Position numbers and translations under genes: made by a program. The notes under the pieces are model-generated. The model ran no database searches, was not told the origin of the DNA, and worked only from the letters and a program-made list of their open reading frames with translations. DNA of 62,096 bases, the filler included. It is 6 parts of 6 records of this genome, joined end to end, with 100 filler letters (N's around TTAATTAATTAA, not from the genome) between each part and the next. Parts side by side here need not be neighbours in the genome. Positions count along the whole stretch, not along the records: positions 40,684 to 56,159 come from SRR2962707_815; 5 more parts are not named here. One strand, given 5' to 3'. Shown here piece by piece: positions 41,158-51,266 of this stretch (its first letter is position 1; each line of letters starts with the position of its first letter).

Positions 41158-42495
41158 CTATTTATATTTTAACCATTTGTAAATTTCTTTATAGCTAGGC
41201 TTCTTTCCGTACATTAAAATCCCTACTCTATATATTTTTGCTGCTATCCATACTATGAATAAAAAAGTCATAATCAAAAATATAATCGATGTTACAAGTT
41301 GCCACCAAGGAACTCCAGCACCTCCTACTCCACTTGGTAAACGCATCATCATAACAATTGGTGAGGTAAGCGGAAATAAGGAAAATGCCACTGCAATTGG
41401 CCCATGTGGATTCTCAAATACAGAGAAAAACCCAACATAAATACCCAACATTAGTGGTGTAATTACAGGAAACATAAACTGCTGTGTATCTGTTTCATTA
41501 TCTACTGCTGCTCCAATAGCTGCATAAATAGAACTGTAAATTAAATAGCCTAAAGAGAAATATAGCAAAAAACATATAATTAATGTTCCCCATGGAATTT
41601 TAACCAATTCATTTACATATAATTGAATTGTATCTTGAGAAGCAGTTGTATTAAAAGTCTCCATAGCTTCGGGAGAAATATTTGCTTGATTATGAAAGGC
41701 ATCTACTTCAATCCCCATAACCGACAAAACTCCGTATGTTAATAGTCCCGCAGAAATTATCCATATAACAAATTGAGTAATTCCAGCTAAAGAAGTTCCT
41801 AATATTTTACCCAACATTAATTGAAACGGACGTACAGAGGAGATAATAACTTCTATAATTCTAGTGGTTTTTTCTTCAATAACGCTTCGCATTACAAAAG
41901 CTCCGTAAATAATAATAAACATCATTATTAAATACCCAAATCCTCCACCAATAAAGGCTTTTAATTCACTAATACCCTTTACACTTTTCTCTCCACTAAA
42001 GTTTACAATTCTCATTTCGTAATTACTCTCCAATTCATTCATCACTTCAGGAGAAATATGCAATGCTTGTAATTTAAACTCTCTAACTTTATGTTCTATT
42101 TTTCCTTCTATACTCCCCAGAATATCCATACTTGGCGATTCTTTTGTATAAAACTGAATTTTATCAGCAACTATATCAATTTTATCTCCCTCTGGAATAT
42201 GTATCAATCCATAATATCCTGCAGCATGAACAGAATCAATAGCTTTTTCTAAAGAGATATTGGAGAAATCTATATAAGAAGCTTCGGTTCCTTCTGTAAA
42301 TTGGTGACTAAAAAACGGACTTTCATCGAGAACCGCTACAATTCTTTTCTCTTCACTATTAACTTTAGCTAAATAAACAACCAAAGCAATCATGGCTACA
42401 ATTATAATAGGACTCAAAACTGTAAGAACAATAAAAGATTTGTTCCTAACTTTGGCCATATATTCACGCTTTATTATAAGTAATAATTTGTCCAT
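41158..42495 (-). CDS. ABC-2 type permease (NatB-like)
   Basis: IIKREY, SVIEEKTTRIIEVIISSV, MLGKILG, KIYRVGILMYG. Confidence 0.9.
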   Translation of the reverse strand: MDKLLLIIKREYMAKVRNKSFIVLTVLSPIIIVAMIALVVYLAKVNSEEKRIVAVLDESPFFSHQFTEGTEASYIDFSNISLEKAIDSVHAAGYYGLIHIPEGDKIDIVADKIQFYTKESPSMDILGSIEGKIEHKVREFKLQALHISPEVMNELESNYEMRIVNFSGEKSVKGISELKAFIGGGFGYLIMMFIIIYGAFVMRSVIEEKTTRIIEVIISSVRPFQLMLGKILGTSLAGITQFVIWIISAGLLTYGVLSVMGIEVDAFHNQANISPEAMETFNTTASQDTIQLYVNELVKIPWGTLIICFLLYFSLGYLIYSSIYAAIGAAVDNETDTQQFMFPVITPLMLGIYVGFFSVFENPHGPIAVAFSLFPLTSPIVMMMRLPSGVGGAGVPWWQLVTSIIFLIMTFLFIVWIAAKIYRVGILMYGKKPSYKEIYKWLKYK

Positions 42496-43422
42496 TTAAT
42501 TACGTTTTACCGTTTCAATAAAAATTTCATTAGCTGTAGGAATTACCTCCACAAAATGGGTTACCAATCCTTGAGTAGTAAGATACATTAAGAGGTCGTT
42601 TGCAGTATGACCTTCTTGAAGTTGAATTCTAAGTTTTAACTCGTCTCCTAAAGAGCGAAATTGAGCTTTTGTTACAGTAAACTTAGTCGCCAATTCCTTT
42701 TTTAAAACATCTGGATTAGCTGTTTCTATTCCAACTTCGTACGTACCATTTCTAAAATCTCTTTTTATGTCGATAAGTTTCCCGTCTAATATTTTATTGG
42801 ACTTATTAATCAACGCAATATGATCGCACAGCTCCTCTACAGACTCCATTCGGTGTGTAGAAAAAATAACTGTAGAACCATTTTCTTTTAGGCGAAGGAT
42901 TTCATCTTTAATCAAATTAGCATTTATAGGATCAAATCCACTAAAAGGCTCATCAAAAATTAAGAGTTTAGGCTCATGAAGAACGGTAACTACAAATTGG
43001 ATTTTTTGTGCCATTCCTTTAGAAAGCTCCTGCACTTTTTTATTCCACCAGTCGCCAATTTCTAGACGTTCGAACCAATATTTTAGTTTCTTTTGAGCTT
43101 CACTTTTACTCATGCCTTTCAATTGAGCTAAATATAAAGCTTGCTCTCCCACTTTCATACTTTTGTATAGTCCGCGTTCTTCTGGTAAATAACCAATCAT
43201 TTGAACGTGTTCCGACTTTAAATCTTCACCATTAAAGATTACTTTTCCAGTATCTGGATATGTAATTTGATTAATAATACGTATAAAAGTAGTTTTACCA
43301 GCTCCGTTTGGCCCTAGGAGTCCGAAAATAGTTCCTTCTGGAATTTCCAAAGAAACATTATTTAGTGCCGTATAATCTCCAAAACTTTTGGAAACATTCT
43401 GAGCGACTAACAAATTCGCCAT
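42496..43422 (-). CDS. ABC transporter ATP-binding protein (NatA/YhaQ-like)
   Basis: GPNGAGKTT, GYLPEERGLY, LSKGM, IFDEP. Confidence 0.95.
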   Translation of the reverse strand: MANLLVAQNVSKSFGDYTALNNVSLEIPEGTIFGLLGPNGAGKTTFIRIINQITYPDTGKVIFNGEDLKSEHVQMIGYLPEERGLYKSMKVGEQALYLAQLKGMSKSEAQKKLKYWFERLEIGDWWNKKVQELSKGMAQKIQFVVTVLHEPKLLIFDEPFSGFDPINANLIKDEILRLKENGSTVIFSTHRMESVEELCDHIALINKSNKILDGKLIDIKRDFRNGTYEVGIETANPDVLKKELATKFTVTKAQFRSLGDELKLRIQLQEGHTANDLLMYLTTQGLVTHFVEVIPTANEIFIETVKRN

Positions 43423-43494
43423 ATTCAAATTGATTTTTTCAAATATATTGGTTAATAAAGTACTATAAAAGATAATACCTCTATTTATAAAAAA

Positions 43495-43580
43495 TAAAAA
43501 CCCACCCTTAAAAAAATCAAGGATGGGAAAAAATTGCTATGAAAAAGAAAAAATTAACACTAGGTTAGAACCAGTGTTAT
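43495..43580 (-). ncRNA. Candidate small RNA
   Basis: Own -7/-33 boxes, 5' hairpin, single-stranded pyrimidine-rich centre and intrinsic terminator, all on the minus strand. Confidence 0.6.
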
Positions 43581-43618
43581 TACAAAGATATATTTTTTTG
43601 TATAACACAAAAGTTAAA

Positions 43619-44752
43619 TTATGAAAACATATCTTTTACTTTTTCAAAAAACGATTTATCGTTCTTCTCTGGATTTGGAGAAAAATTATCATCTCCTACC
43701 ATTCTTTCGAAGAAATCGCGTTGTTCTTTATTCAATGTTTTTGGAGTCCAAACATTAATATGTACTAAAAGGTCTCCTTGTCCGTACCCATTAATACTTG
43801 GAATTCCTTTTCCTTTAAGGCGAAGAATTTTTCCAGATTGAATTCCTTCTTCCAATTTAATCCGAACCTTTCCGGTTACGGTATCTATTTCTTTTGAAGT
43901 TCCTAAAACAGCTTCTGCAATACTTACATATAAATCAAAATGAAGATTATCTCCTTCTCTTTTTAATGTATTGTGTTCTTGCTCCTCAATAGCCACCAAT
44001 AAATCTCCTGAAATTCCATTACTTCCTGGAGCTTCATTTCCTTTACCAGTAACTTTAAGCTGCATTCCTTCCACTACTCCAGCAGGAATTTTAATAGAAA
44101 CCGTTTCTTCTTTAACTACAAGTCCTTGTCCGTCTGCTTCTGAAGAACGTTTGTCTATAACCTCCCCAGCTCCACCACAAGAATTACAAGTTGTAGCAGT
44201 TTGCATTCTACCTAAGATAGTATTGGTAACTCGCATCATTTGTCCAGTACCATTACAGGTAGGACATGTTTTATAGGTTACATCGTCAGCTTGTATTTTT
44301 CTTCTTACTTTTACTTTCTTCTCCACTCCATTGGCAATTTCTTCCAATGTAAGCTTTACACGAATACGGAGATTAGAGCCTTTAACTCTAGCTCGTCCGC
44401 CGCCGCCAAATCCACCAAAACCGCTGAATCCGCCGCCACCGCCAAAGGCTCCTCCGAATATATCTCCGAACTGACTAAAGATATCGTCCATATTCATATG
44501 TCCGCTACCGCCACCAAAGCCTCCAGCTCCGTCAAAAGCAGCATGCCCGTATTGGTCGTAACGCTGTTTCTTATTTGGATCGCTTAAAACTTCATACGCT
44601 TCTGCAGCTTTTTTAAACATCTCCTCAGCTTTCGTATCCCCAGGATTTTTGTCAGGGTGATGTTGTATAGCTTTCTTACGATATGCTTTTTTTATTTCTG
44701 CAGCCGATGCACTTTTATCTATTCCTAATATTTCGTAATAATCTTCCTTCAT
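43619..44752 (-). CDS. dnaJ: Chaperone DnaJ
   Basis: HPD J-domain, G/F-rich region, two CxxCxG zinc motifs. Confidence 0.98.
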   Translation of the reverse strand: MKEDYYEILGIDKSASAAEIKKAYRKKAIQHHPDKNPGDTKAEEMFKKAAEAYEVLSDPNKKQRYDQYGHAAFDGAGGFGGGSGHMNMDDIFSQFGDIFGGAFGGGGGFSGFGGFGGGGRARVKGSNLRIRVKLTLEEIANGVEKKVKVRRKIQADDVTYKTCPTCNGTGQMMRVTNTILGRMQTATTCNSCGGAGEVIDKRSSEADGQGLVVKEETVSIKIPAGVVEGMQLKVTGKGNEAPGSNGISGDLLVAIEEQEHNTLKREGDNLHFDLYVSIAEAVLGTSKEIDTVTGKVRIKLEEGIQSGKILRLKGKGIPSINGYGQGDLLVHINVWTPKTLNKEQRDFFERMVGDDNFSPNPEKNDKSFFEKVKDMFS

Positions 44753-44852
44753 GTAACTATCTTAGAAAGGCTTTTCCTTTCGATTTATATAAATATTTTA
44801 TAAAAGTTCTATTCAATTGAAAGTCAAAAAATTTTATGACAAAACGTCTTTT

Positions 44853-45413
44853 CTATTGCCCTACAATAACTTTTGGATGACGAATTACTTTATCTCCAAG
44901 TTTGTATCCTTTTTCTATTACATCAACCAATTTTCCTTTTAAGTCGTCTGTAGGTGCAGGAATTTGTGTAATAGCTTCATGCAAATCTGCATTAAAAACA
45001 TCTCCAGTTTTTGTTTCTACTTGCTCTAAACCTTTAGCATTTAAAGTATTTCTAAGCTTATTACTAATAAGTTCTACTCCTTTTAGAAGTTCTTTATCCT
45101 CGGTTTTAGAAATTTCATTTAAAGCACGATCAAAATCATCTAAAACAGGAAGCATAGAAACCATAATATCTTGCCCTGCCGTTTTAAAAAGCTCCACACG
45201 CTCTTTGGAAGTTCTTCTTTTATAATTCTCAAATTCAGCAAAAAGTCTTAAAAACTTATCTTTTTCAGAAGCTAATTCTTCTCTTAACTTCTCTTCTTCA
45301 CTTATTTCTTCAACCGCTTCCGTGGTTTGCTCTACTTCTTGCTCTACCGCTGTATTCTCTTCAGCAGCAAACTCTTTATTTATTTCTTCCTCTTTCTTTG
45401 ACATAAATTTCAT
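44853..45413 (-). CDS. grpE: Nucleotide exchange factor GrpE
   Basis: AEFENYKRRT, LPVLDDFDRA, HEAI, KGYKLGDKVIR. Confidence 0.97.
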   Translation of the reverse strand: MKFMSKKEEEINKEFAAEENTAVEQEVEQTTEAVEEISEEEKLREELASEKDKFLRLFAEFENYKRRTSKERVELFKTAGQDIMVSMLPVLDDFDRALNEISKTEDKELLKGVELISNKLRNTLNAKGLEQVETKTGDVFNADLHEAITQIPAPTDDLKGKLVDVIEKGYKLGDKVIRHPKVIVGQ

Positions 45414-45500
45414 TTTTTATGACAATAAACCTGTCATTTATATTTTGCACGTTCAATTAAGAATCGTAATGCGTTGTTTCTTTTAAGTTCCTATAGGGAG

Positions 45501-45540
45501 GCAAAAGTATTGCCATTTATTTTAAAATGTCAAAATGTCA
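45501..45540 (-). promoter_or_regulatory. Candidate grpE-dnaJ promoter: sigma-54-like box overlapping a TAnnTTTG box, with TGACA repeats
   Basis: Minus strand reads TGACATTTTGACATTTT...TGGCA-ATACTT-TTGC. Confidence 0.5.
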
Positions 45541-45622
45541 CCAAAAAAAATTATTATAATTTTAATAGAGATGTAAATCGCTATTACTATTTTTGAGCAC
45601 TAATCACTAAAAATTAATCAAA

Positions 45623-46291
45623 ATGAAAAAGAATATTTTATCGCTTTCATTGATTGCATGTTTAACAGTTTTTACTGCATGTAAAAATGAAAAAAAGAAC
45701 GAAACTACTACAGGAGAAGCAGAAGCTGCTAAAGAAGTAACTGCTGCTGCCGTTAAGTATAAAGCGGTTCCTGCGGAAAGTACAATTAACTGGAAAGGTG
45801 CTAAACCAACAGGAGAGCACACTGGTACAATTGCAATTGAATCTGGAGTTGTTTCATTAAAAGATGGAAAAGTAGACAGTGGAAACTTTTTAATCGACAT
45901 GAACTCTATTACCGTAACAGACCTTGAAGGCGACCAAAAAGCAAATTTAGAAGCGCATTTAAAAGGAACTGTTGAAGGAAAAGAAGATCATTTCTTTAAC
46001 ACAAAAGAACATCCAACTGCTTATTTTGAAGTAACTGGAACTGAAACTAAAGAAGGTAAAACTTACCTACAAGGAAATTTAGCAATTAAAGGAACTAAAA
46101 AGAACATCTCTTTCCCTATAAGTGTTACTGAAAATGGAGATTCTGTAACAGTAACTAGTGAAACGTTTACTATTGACAGAACAGAATGGAATGTAAATTA
46201 CGGTTCTAAATCTGTTTTTGATAATTTAGGAGACAAATTTGTAAATGATGAGATTGAATTAACTGTAACAGTAAAAGCAAATAAAGCTTAA
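45623..46291 (+). CDS. YceI-family lipoprotein
   Basis: Lipobox FTAC, STINWKG, HTGTI, IDRTEWNVNYGS. Confidence 0.9.
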   Translation: MKKNILSLSLIACLTVFTACKNEKKNETTTGEAEAAKEVTAAAVKYKAVPAESTINWKGAKPTGEHTGTIAIESGVVSLKDGKVDSGNFLIDMNSITVTDLEGDQKANLEAHLKGTVEGKEDHFFNTKEHPTAYFEVTGTETKEGKTYLQGNLAIKGTKKNISFPISVTENGDSVTVTSETFTIDRTEWNVNYGSKSVFDNLGDKFVNDEIELTVTVKANKA

Positions 46292-46318
46292 TTCACTACA
46301 AATTTTAATAGAAATTAT

Positions 46319-47254
46319 TTAGGCCAATTCTTCATGGAATTGGCTTTTTTCGTTTAAAACATCTTTTAATGCTAAAGAGATGTTAGAATACGAAAAATTG
46401 TATCCAGAAGCCTCTATTTTTTTAGAACTCACACGCTGACTAGCATATAAAAGGTACGCCATATCACCTAAAATAAATTTCATAACCCCCATGGGGATAT
46501 TTGGTAAAATAATAGGTTTTCTATAAACGTCTGCTATTTCATGTGTTAATTTATTATTCGTTACAGGGTTTGGTGCTACCCCATTAAAAACTCCTTCTAA
46601 CTGATTTTCTATTACATGCAAGTATATTTTTGCTATGTCGGTAATATGTACCCAACTTTGCCACTGCTCCCCATTGCCAAAAACTGTACCGCCATAATAA
46701 CGAATTGGTTTTGCCATTTTAGGCAACGCTCCTCCGTGAGAAGATAATACTAAACCAGTCCTTATTTTTGCTACAGAAAACTCATGCTTTTTTAATTTAT
46801 CAGCTTCACTTTCCCATTTTTCTACAACATGACCAAGAAAAGAGTTATCTACCCCTGTATTGTCCTCCAAATAATAATTTGTGTAGGAATTAGGATAAAT
46901 TCCAATTGCGGAAGCAGATACAAAAGATTGTATAGAATGGTTTACTTTTGAAATGGAATTATCTAGTAATTGAAGAGATTTTACGCGACTGTTAAGAATT
47001 TTCTTCTTATTTATTTTATTCCAGCGTTTGGAAATACTTACACCAGATAAATTTATAACAGCATCAACATCTTTAAAACATGCTAAGTCTATTCTTCCTT
47101 TAGCTGGATTCCAATAAAAACCTTTGTAGTTATTTTGATCTTCAATTTTTTCTTTACTTGTAGATAAATAATGTACAGTATAATTCCTGTTGTGACATAT
47201 TCTCACAATCTCCTCCCCAATCAAACCAGTAGCTCCTGCAATTAAAATCTTCAT
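46319..47254 (-). CDS. TIGR01777-family NAD-dependent epimerase-like oxidoreductase
   Basis: GATGLIG, SASAIGIY, RTGLVL, GEQWQSWVH, FNGVAPNPV. Confidence 0.9.
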   Translation of the reverse strand: MKILIAGATGLIGEEIVRICHNRNYTVHYLSTSKEKIEDQNNYKGFYWNPAKGRIDLACFKDVDAVINLSGVSISKRWNKINKKKILNSRVKSLQLLDNSISKVNHSIQSFVSASAIGIYPNSYTNYYLEDNTGVDNSFLGHVVEKWESEADKLKKHEFSVAKIRTGLVLSSHGGALPKMAKPIRYYGGTVFGNGEQWQSWVHITDIAKIYLHVIENQLEGVFNGVAPNPVTNNKLTHEIADVYRKPIILPNIPMGVMKFILGDMAYLLYASQRVSSKKIEASGYNFSYSNISLALKDVLNEKSQFHEELA

Positions 47255-47363
47255 AATTAAATTTTTATTGTCTAAAAATAGGGATTTAATTTCTCTTAAT
47301 GAGAAGCATTAATTTAGCTTTAACAATCTAATTACAAGTATTTAACGTTATTGAAGAAAATTC

Positions 47364-48041
47364 CTATCCTTTTTTAACAGCTCTTAACATTTCTCGCTTT
47401 CCTGGAGGCCCTGGTAATCTTTCTACTTCAAACCCCACTTCTTGCATGGCTCTTCTTACACTGCCTTTAGCTGCATAAGTTACCAACACCCCATTAGCCT
47501 TTAAAGCATTGTACATTTTCTGAAAGATAGAAACTTCCCAGAGTTCTGGTTGGACTCTAGCCCCAAAAGCATCAAAATAAATCAGATTAAAAGTGTTTAT
47601 ATTTTCAATCTCATCAAAAAACTGTTTTCTTTTTTTAAGCTGAAAATTTTCAGAAATAAATTGATAAGTCTCCCACTCAGATTCATGCATCTGCAAAAAA
47701 ATACTTTGCTTATCTAAAACTTTTAACTCTTCTACATAATTTAGCAACTTTACCTCTTCCATAGAAACAGGATAAGCTTCTACACCATCATACTTAACTT
47801 TCAGCTCCAAATTCTCTGCTTCAATAAAGGTTATAAAAGCATTCAAACCAGTTCCAAATCCAATTTCCAAAATAGAAAGCTCCTCTATTTTATTATTTTT
47901 CAGAAAAGGAAAAAAACCACTCTTAAGAAACACATGGTAGGCCTCTTGAATAGCTCCATGTTTAGAATGGTAATGCTCATCTAAATCTTTAATATAAATT
48001 GTAGAAGAACCATCTGAAGTTTGTATTATTTCTCTCTTCAA
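47364..48041 (-). CDS. mnmD: tRNA mnm5s2U34 methyltransferase (stand-alone MnmD)
   Basis: TSDGSST, HYHSKHGAIQEA, LEIGFGTGLN, YFDAF, PGPPGKREML. Confidence 0.9.
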   Translation of the reverse strand: MKREIIQTSDGSSTIYIKDLDEHYHSKHGAIQEAYHVFLKSGFFPFLKNNKIEELSILEIGFGTGLNAFITFIEAENLELKVKYDGVEAYPVSMEEVKLLNYVEELKVLDKQSIFLQMHESEWETYQFISENFQLKKRKQFFDEIENINTFNLIYFDAFGARVQPELWEVSIFQKMYNALKANGVLVTYAAKGSVRRAMQEVGFEVERLPGPPGKREMLRAVKKG

Positions 48042-48043
48042 AA

Positions 48044-48535
48044 CTATTTTTTTAGCAATACCCCATTAGCTTCAAAAGAATACGTTTTAGAAGGAGTGGT
48101 TATTTTTTCTATTTCACTTTCGGTAGCTCCTCCATCTTCTGCATAGTGTTTTTGATCTTCTACAGACATCATATCTACATATGCCTTACCGCTCAAAACC
48201 ACTTCTTTTCCAGTAATATCTTTAGGAACAAAAAAACTATAATCCTTAAATTTTACCATTGCTTCTTCTCCATTTTCCAAATCTAGTTTCATCCAACATC
48301 CTTTGGCTTTACAAACATCGGTAACTTTAGCCTTAAATGTCATTACAGATGTATCTCCTACTTTTAAGCTCTGATATTCGGCTTGAGTTTTCTGAGCAGA
48401 AATTATTTTTTCTACGGAAATTGTATCTCCATATATATTATAATTAACTGCTATTTCTTTTTTCTGATGCTCACTTTTTGCATTACAAGAACACAGTATG
48501 AGTCCAATTCCTATGGCTAAAAATTTAATTTTCAT
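48044..48535 (-). CDS. DUF4920-like lipoprotein
   Basis: Lipobox LCSC, VCKAKGCWM, FKDYSFFVP. Confidence 0.8.
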   Translation of the reverse strand: MKIKFLAIGIGLILCSCNAKSEHQKKEIAVNYNIYGDTISVEKIISAQKTQAEYQSLKVGDTSVMTFKAKVTDVCKAKGCWMKLDLENGEEAMVKFKDYSFFVPKDITGKEVVLSGKAYVDMMSVEDQKHYAEDGGATESEIEKITTPSKTYSFEANGVLLKK

Positions 48536-48816
48536 ATCTTATAGTATTTAATACACTCTCTTGGAGTAAGATTAAATTGTCTCAAAAAAAGAAAAATTAT
48601 AACATTCCTACTAAGTATAGAAACATTAATTCTAGATTATTGAGCAAAAACTGTCTACAAAATAACTTATTTTTGTATTAAATAATCTGATTTTTGCTAG
48701 AATATTTTCTAATTTAGCAAAACGCAATAACCTGTAAGGTTTTTAGAACAATAAAATTAATCTTAAGAAGCAAAAATCTTAAGGGTTTCACCCAAAAAGG
48801 GGATTAAAGTTGAGTT

Positions 48817-49884
48817 ATGAGCAAGGAAACTATTACGAATATCAAAATTGAAAAAGCTAGTACTTCAAAAATAAACGAAGTAGATTTTAGCAACTTAGCG
48901 TTTGGAAATGTTTTTACAGATCATATGTTTGTCTGTGATTATGAAAATGGAGCATGGCAAGAGCCACAAATTACTCCTTATCAAAAAATATCTCTAGATC
49001 CTTCTGCACGTGTATTTCATTACGGGCAAGCAGTTTTTGAAGGGATGAAAGCATATAAAGATGAGCAAGATGATATTTGGTTGTTTAGACCAAAAGAAAA
49101 TTTTGAGCGTATCAATAAATCTGCGGCTAGATTAGCAATGCCAGAGTTTCCTGAAGATTTTTTCTTTGAAGGACTTAATACCTTATTAAAACTTGAAAAA
49201 GATTGGATTAAAAAAGGGTTTGGCAATAGCTTATATATCCGCCCTTTTGTAATTGCTACAGAATCTGGAGTTTCAGCATCTCCTGCCAATAAATATAAAT
49301 TCATGATTATTTGTTCGCCTGCACAATCGTATTATGGTGGAGAAGTTCGTGTTAAAATAGCAGACCATTATAGTAGAGCAGCTAGCGGAGGTTTTGGATT
49401 TGCAAAAGCTGCTGGGAATTATGCTGGTCAGTTTTACCCAACAAGTATTGCAAATAAAGAAGGTTTTCAGCAAATTATATGGACCGATGCTAATACACAT
49501 GAGTATTTAGAGGAAGCTGGAACCATGAACATCTTTTTTAGAATTGGAGACAAATTAATTACTTGCCCAATTAGCGACCGAATTTTGGATGGAGTGACTA
49601 GAAAAAGTGTGATAGCAATGGCTAAAGACTTGGATATAGATGTAGATATAAGACCTATAAAAGTTACCGAAGTAATTGAAGCAGCAAACAATGGTTCTTT
49701 AAAAGAAATTTTTGGAAGTGGAACTGCTGCTGTTATAAACCCTATTGCTGGTTTTGGATTTAAAGGAGACACTTGGGAACTTCCAAAAATAGAAAATTCC
49801 TTTGCTTCTAAAATCAAACAAGCTATCATGGATATTCAATATAATATTTCCGAAGATAAGTTTGGTTGGCGAGTAAAAGTATAA
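48817..49884 (+). CDS. ilvE: Branched-chain amino acid aminotransferase
   Basis: HYGQAVFEGMKAY, LYIRPF, AKAAGNY, EAGTMN, ILDGVTR, GTAA. Confidence 0.96.
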   Translation: MSKETITNIKIEKASTSKINEVDFSNLAFGNVFTDHMFVCDYENGAWQEPQITPYQKISLDPSARVFHYGQAVFEGMKAYKDEQDDIWLFRPKENFERINKSAARLAMPEFPEDFFFEGLNTLLKLEKDWIKKGFGNSLYIRPFVIATESGVSASPANKYKFMIICSPAQSYYGGEVRVKIADHYSRAASGGFGFAKAAGNYAGQFYPTSIANKEGFQQIIWTDANTHEYLEEAGTMNIFFRIGDKLITCPISDRILDGVTRKSVIAMAKDLDIDVDIRPIKVTEVIEAANNGSLKEIFGSGTAAVINPIAGFGFKGDTWELPKIENSFASKIKQAIMDIQYNISEDKFGWRVKV

Positions 49885-49907
49885 GCATAAAATTATCATA
49901 CTTAGTT

Positions 49908-49949
49908 GGAGACTGTTTAAAAATTAATTTTTAAACAGCCTCCTTTTTT
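49908..49949 (+). terminator. Terminator-like hairpin after ilvE
   Basis: GAGACTGTTTAAAAATT/AATTTTTAAACAGCCTC followed by a T tract. Confidence 0.7.
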
Positions 49950-50099
49950 ATAGTACATCAGCCCAAAACAAGCTAAAAACAATTCCTCAAAAAACACTCT
50001 AAAGAAATTTAAAAAGGCATCTTTTTTTAAAAACTATTAAACTTGCAATAAACTTAGAATAGGTGATAGAATAATCAAATCTCGATTATGAAGTAGCCC

Positions 50100-50486
50100 T
50101 TATTTATTTATTATTTTTTTAATATCTGGTTTAAAATAATTAGGACCTTTTAATACCTTTCCATCTTCTCTATAAATTGGTTTTCCATCTGCTCCTAATT
50201 TACTCATATTACTCAACTGTATTTCATTAAAAACATCTTCAATAATGTGTTGCATCCCATGTTCCAGAATAGTTCCACATAGTATATAAAGCATATCTCC
50301 TAGTGCATCTGCAACCTCCACTATATCATTATTTGTTGCGGCTTCTAAGTATTCATCATTTTCCTCAGCCATTAAATTGTGTCTTAAAACAATTTTAGAG
50401 GCTTCTAATTTTGCTATTGGAAAGTTAGCCACTCCCAATCCAAATGCGTTATGAAATTCTTCAACAGATTTTAATTTATTTTTCAT
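50100..50486 (-). CDS. MazG-like/PRA-PH NTP pyrophosphohydrolase family protein
   Basis: EENDEY, EVADALGD, SNMSK, DGKVLKG. Confidence 0.88.
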   Translation of the reverse strand: MKNKLKSVEEFHNAFGLGVANFPIAKLEASKIVLRHNLMAEENDEYLEAATNNDIVEVADALGDMLYILCGTILEHGMQHIIEDVFNEIQLSNMSKLGADGKPIYREDGKVLKGPNYFKPDIKKIINK

Positions 50487-50677
50487 CTAAAATATTTTGT
50501 TTTTTATATTATGAAAGTAATTTATAGATAGCTTTTGATATAGAACCCATCTTAACTTTTTTTATCTGCTACGAAATAGTCTTTTTATCCTCTAATTTTA
50601 TAATTTTTGTTCAAACACAAAAAGTCATGATGAGTTCATAGCTAATTTGACTAATTTTGCTAAAAATAAAAAATAAT

Positions 50678-50866
50678 ATGTTCAGTAACGGTCAATTAGT
50701 TTTTGCAGGCTTATTTGCAATTGCTTTTATAATAATAATGATTATTAGCTATAAAAAAGATAATAAAACTCATAAAAAACAATATAAAGGTACAATTTGG
50801 GTTCTTATTGGCTTTATCATTTTCTTAACTAGCCTAATAATTATTAAGTTTTTAACAAAAAACTAA
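50678..50866 (+). CDS. Small two-TM protein
   Basis: MFSNGQ...SYKKD; two hydrophobic segments; TAATTTTG box upstream. Confidence 0.7.
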   Translation: MFSNGQLVFAGLFAIAFIIIMIISYKKDNKTHKKQYKGTIWVLIGFIIFLTSLIIIKFLTKN

Positions 50867-50979
50867 CCTTAAATAGACAATAACCTCATATTTGACTACA
50901 TTACGTTAATTTTTCAACACAATATGAGAATTTATCTTATATTTTTCTTAAATTTGCTCTAAAGCAATCAACTTAAGCA

Positions 50980-51171
50980 ATGATGATTTTCTTTACAATC
51001 TTATTTAGTCTGTTAATAATTAATGTGGTGTTATTATTATTCAGCGTTAACAAACTTCCAAAAGCAACTACAAAAACAACTGCTATTTACAATCAGCAGT
51101 ATAAAGATGTAACTGCTAAAAAAGAAGTTGCTAACAAAGAATATGACGTAGTTTTGAAAGAAGCCATATAA
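50980..51171 (+). CDS. Small membrane-anchored protein
   Basis: N-terminal TM ending LLLFSVNK; TAAATTTG box upstream. Confidence 0.55.
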   Translation: MMIFFTILFSLLIINVVLLLFSVNKLPKATTKTTAIYNQQYKDVTAKKEVANKEYDVVLKEAI

Positions 51172-51266
51172 ACCATTTTCTATTATTTACATTCATTGTG
51201 TTTAAATATTCTTAATACGAATGTACATTTTTTGTACCTTAGGTTTATTATACATAAAGCATTCCT

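Noticed and set aside
43539-43568. Plus-strand mini-ORF MKKKKLTLG
   Set aside because: The promoter, G-U pairs and terminator polarity all favour a minus-strand RNA.
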